A DNA stretch of 63,688 nucleotides, filler included, from Saprolegnia diclina VS20 (taxonomy: Eukaryota), in NCBI RefSeq assembly GCF_000281045.1. It is 9 parts of 2 records of this genome, joined end to end, with 100 filler letters (N's around TTAATTAATTAA, not from the genome) between each part and the next. Parts side by side here need not be neighbours in the genome. Positions count along the whole stretch, not along the records: positions 58,837 to 61,149 come from NW_008246102.1; positions 61,250 to 62,258 come from NW_008246102.1; positions 62,359 to 63,688 come from NW_008246102.1; 6 more parts are not named here. One strand, written 5' to 3'. Under the pieces are notes generated by a model. The model was given only the letters and a program-made list of their open reading frames with translations. It searched no databases and was not told the origin of the DNA. A program made the translations under genes and the position numbers. Positions 60,760 through 63,688 of this stretch are shown here, in pieces (the first letter of the stretch is position 1; every line of letters begins with the position of its first letter).

Positions 60760-61249
60760 TATGATGTAACTATACTGTCAAGTTGCATACCTGCGGTTGG
60801 CACTTCGCGTTTGAAAAGTTGCCGGATCGCTACAAGCTTCTAGATTCGAGCTTGACAGTTCGACGAAGAGACACGATCCAGCGACGTTGAGAACCCAACA
60901 GCCAAGCGACCCGTGGCGCAGATGCCCTAGCCCGCGGAGCTTTTGTTGCGTAATAGAAAATCAATTTCGTCTCGTCTACCGTGCTCTGCTCGCGGTCGAA
61001 ACACGATACGGCAGCACTGTCAATAAAGAGTGGCATTGCCCCCGCAGTTGCCCGCATTGGCACTGCTCGCCCTTCTTTGGCACAGGGCTCATTGTCACCG
61101 TCTCCAAAAAGCTGGGTCTCGGTCACCTTCTTGGCGAGCGACTGCCTCCNNNNNNNNNNNNNNNNNNNNNNNNNNNNNNNNNNNNNNNNNNNNTTAATTA
61201 ATTAANNNNNNNNNNNNNNNNNNNNNNNNNNNNNNNNNNNNNNNNNNNN

Positions 61250-61958
61250 TAGTACGGCAACGACTCGAATGTTGTGACTGAAAACACGCAATTTCAGATT
61301 GGGTCGTTTACCAAGACGTTTATCGCACTGGGAATTGCCAAGCTCGTACGTACCTAGCTCATTTTTCGATACTTCACAAACGTACTCATGAATGCGCCAG
61401 GTGGATGAAGGCCGCTTAAGCTGGGACGACCCGGTCAAGCTCCGCCTTCCGTGGCTTGAGCTTGTCGACAAGTACGCGGAGAAGTACACGACGCTCGGTG
61501 ACCTCGCGGCCATGAACTCGGTGTTTGGCGCATATGAAGGCGACATTGTCTGGGGTATTAGTGTACATCCCAACGAGCGCAGCCTCGTGCAATCGCTGGG
61601 TACCTTTAAGACGACCCGGCGCCTCCGTGCCGGCTACGCGTACGCCAACTTGAACTTTGAGATTCTCGGTCAAGTGCTCGAGTACCAGACCAACACCACA
61701 TGGGCCCAGTACCTCGACGCGACGTTCTTCACGCCGCTCGGCATGGTCAACACGTACGGTGCTGTCCCGGATGTGCCAGCAACTGGCGACCTCTCGTTCG
61801 GCCACGTCATCTGTAACGGCAAAGTCGCTGGCCCGTACGACTTGCGATCGTCGCCCGAGATTGCACTTGGGTACAAGAACGGGCACCTCGCCGCCGGGTC
61901 GATGCTCTCGACGGCATCGGACTTGGCGCTCTTCTTGCACGCGTCGCAGCACTGGCTG
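61250..61958 (+). CDS. Serine beta-lactamase-like (S12/AmpC-type) hydrolase, partial copy 1
   Basis: TQFQIGSFTK (SxxK), VDEGRLSWDDPV, YAYANLNFEILG (YxN), PLGM, AAGSMLSTASDL. Intron about 61347-61400. Confidence 0.8.
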
Positions 61959-61959
61959 A

Positions 61960-62258
61960 GTTGAGCTTGTCGACAAGTACGCGGAGAAGTACACGACGCT
62001 CGGCGACCTTGCGGCCATGAACTCGGTGTTTGGCGCATACGAAGGCGACAACGGCTGGGGCTTTGGCGTCCTCCCCGATGAGCGGAGCCTTGTGCGGGCA
62101 CTCCGCAGTTTCAAGACCACCCAACGCCTCCGTGCCGGCTACGCGTATGCCAACTTGAACTTTGAGATCCTCGGCCAAGTGCTCGAGTACCAGACTAACA
62201 TGACATGGTCGCAGTACCTCGACACGACGTTCTTCACGCCGCTCGGCATGGTCAACAC
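61960..62258 (+). CDS. Serine beta-lactamase-like hydrolase, partial copy 2
   Basis: Restarts at ELVDKYAEKYTTLGDL as a diverged repeat of 61456-61752. Ends at a linker. Confidence 0.7.
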
Positions 62259-62630
62259 NNNNNNNNNNNNNNNNNNNNNNNNNNNNNNNNNNNNNNNNNN
62301 NNTTAATTAATTAANNNNNNNNNNNNNNNNNNNNNNNNNNNNNNNNNNNNNNNNNNNNTCCTCCTCGACTGCGGCGGATCGCAGGGATATCTCCTCGATC
62401 TCACACCATGTGGTAGATGGTCGCCAGAGTTTTCACTGTCCCAGATGCTATCAACAATTCAGGTATTCGTCTCGAAACGCCTATGCCATCGGGACGGTGG
62501 ATGCTATGCCACAGCGCCGTTGGCCGCTGAATCTGCGGTGCCACGTGCTCGGCAGAGCTTTTACACCGCACTTTTTGGCCCACTTGTGTGCTCTCCATTT
62601 TCAAATCGAACACCAACCACCACCACCACC

Positions 62631-63617
62631 ATGAACATTTACCCGCAGCAGACGTACGAGGTCGACGCCGGTCGCTCGATCGGCCACGCCAACCCGGGCA
62701 TCGACCGAGCGTGCAAGGAGATCCAGGCGGCGTGCGCCGGCTTCGGCACGAACGAGGCCAAGCTCAGCACGGTCCTCGGCAACAAGTCGCCCGTCGAGCG
62801 CTGCCTCATCCACCTCCGCTACCCGGAGCTGTACCAAAAGTCGCTCCTCTCCGAGATGGCGTCCGAGACGTCGGGCAACTACGGCAAGCTGCTCCAGCTC
62901 CTCTCGCAGCCGATCGAGGAGGCCGAGGCCATGATCATCCGGGATGCGACCAAGGGCGCCGGCACGACCGAGAAGCTGTTGATCCCGGTCCTCAGCGGCC
63001 GCTCGAACGTCGAGCTCAACATCCTCAAGAAGGCCTTCTACAAGAACTTCCAGAAGGACCTCGTTGTCGCCGTCAACGATGACCTGAGCGGCGACCTCAA
63101 GACGTTCTACCTCGCGGCGCTCAACCAGATGGCCCAGCCGTACAACCCGAGCATCCACACGCCGGCCAAGGCGGCCGAGATCGCCGACGCCATCTACAAG
63201 GCCGGCGAGGGCAAGTGGGGCACGGACGAGTCGGCGTTCTCCAACGCGATCTGCTCGATCCCGCCGCAGTTCCTCGCGACCGTCGACGCGGCGTATGCGG
63301 CCAAGCACAAGCACGGCCTCGTGCACGCGATCCAGAGCGAGTTTGGCGGCAAGGCCGAAGACGGCCTCGTGTACCACGTCAACATCATCCTGCGTCCGAT
63401 CGAGACGATTGTCGAGCAGATCGAGAGCACGATGAGCGGCATTGGCACGGACGAGTACGGTCTCTCGGCGGCCATTGTGCGCTACCAGCACCTGCTGCCG
63501 CAGGTCAAGCAGGCGTACCAGGCCAAGTACCGCACCACGCTGCGCCAACGCGTCGAAGGCGAGACGAGCGGCGACTACCGTGCGCTCCTCCTCACGATCC
63601 TCGACCACGCCATCTAG
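62631..63617 (+). CDS. Annexin
   Basis: Four annexin repeats with GxGT motifs (GFGTNE, GAGTTE, GKWGTDE, GIGTDE) and terminal ETSGDYRALLL. Intronless. Confidence 0.95.
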   Translation: MNIYPQQTYEVDAGRSIGHANPGIDRACKEIQAACAGFGTNEAKLSTVLGNKSPVERCLIHLRYPELYQKSLLSEMASETSGNYGKLLQLLSQPIEEAEAMIIRDATKGAGTTEKLLIPVLSGRSNVELNILKKAFYKNFQKDLVVAVNDDLSGDLKTFYLAALNQMAQPYNPSIHTPAKAAEIADAIYKAGEGKWGTDESAFSNAICSIPPQFLATVDAAYAAKHKHGLVHAIQSEFGGKAEDGLVYHVNIILRPIETIVEQIESTMSGIGTDEYGLSAAIVRYQHLLPQVKQAYQAKYRTTLRQRVEGETSGDYRALLLTILDHAI

Positions 63618-63688
63618 TTTGTTTAAGTTGACGCAATTTGCATAATATATGGATTCTGAACGTAAACTCGCAGCATCAATTTGGCGCT

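Overview
Draft-assembly eukaryotic DNA, most likely an oomycete of the Saprolegnia/Achlya type. This is inferred from GC-rich codons, short (about 45-55 nt) GT-AG introns, TCATTT-type initiator motifs and expanded gene families. Eight artificial N-TTAATTAATTAA-N linkers and five plain N gaps break the window, so adjacency across them is uncertain. Bases 1-19.9 kb and 29.8-41.9 kb are gene-dense: carnitine carrier, SAICAR synthase, NIPA transporter, Fes1/HspBP1, three tandem GT4 glycosyltransferases, mL53, SAP18, POP5, a GARP/MYB factor, SmF, MCCC1, an importin-alpha-like protein and a membrane-anchored bZIP. The rest holds tandem families (bZIP-like, degenerate 2OG-Fe(II)-like, TM-LRR-LNR, serine beta-lactamase-like), an annexin and mobile DNA. 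Best observations: (1) a Tc3-like transposon with IR/DR ends sits in the TA at positions +2/+3 of a structurally intact U2 snRNA gene; (2) an unassigned, strongly folded ~285-nt ncRNA candidate at 12.4-12.7 kb; (3) an ATF6/bZIP28-like membrane-tethered bZIP; (4) a TA-flanked MITE. Exon boundaries were read by eye and no database searches were run.
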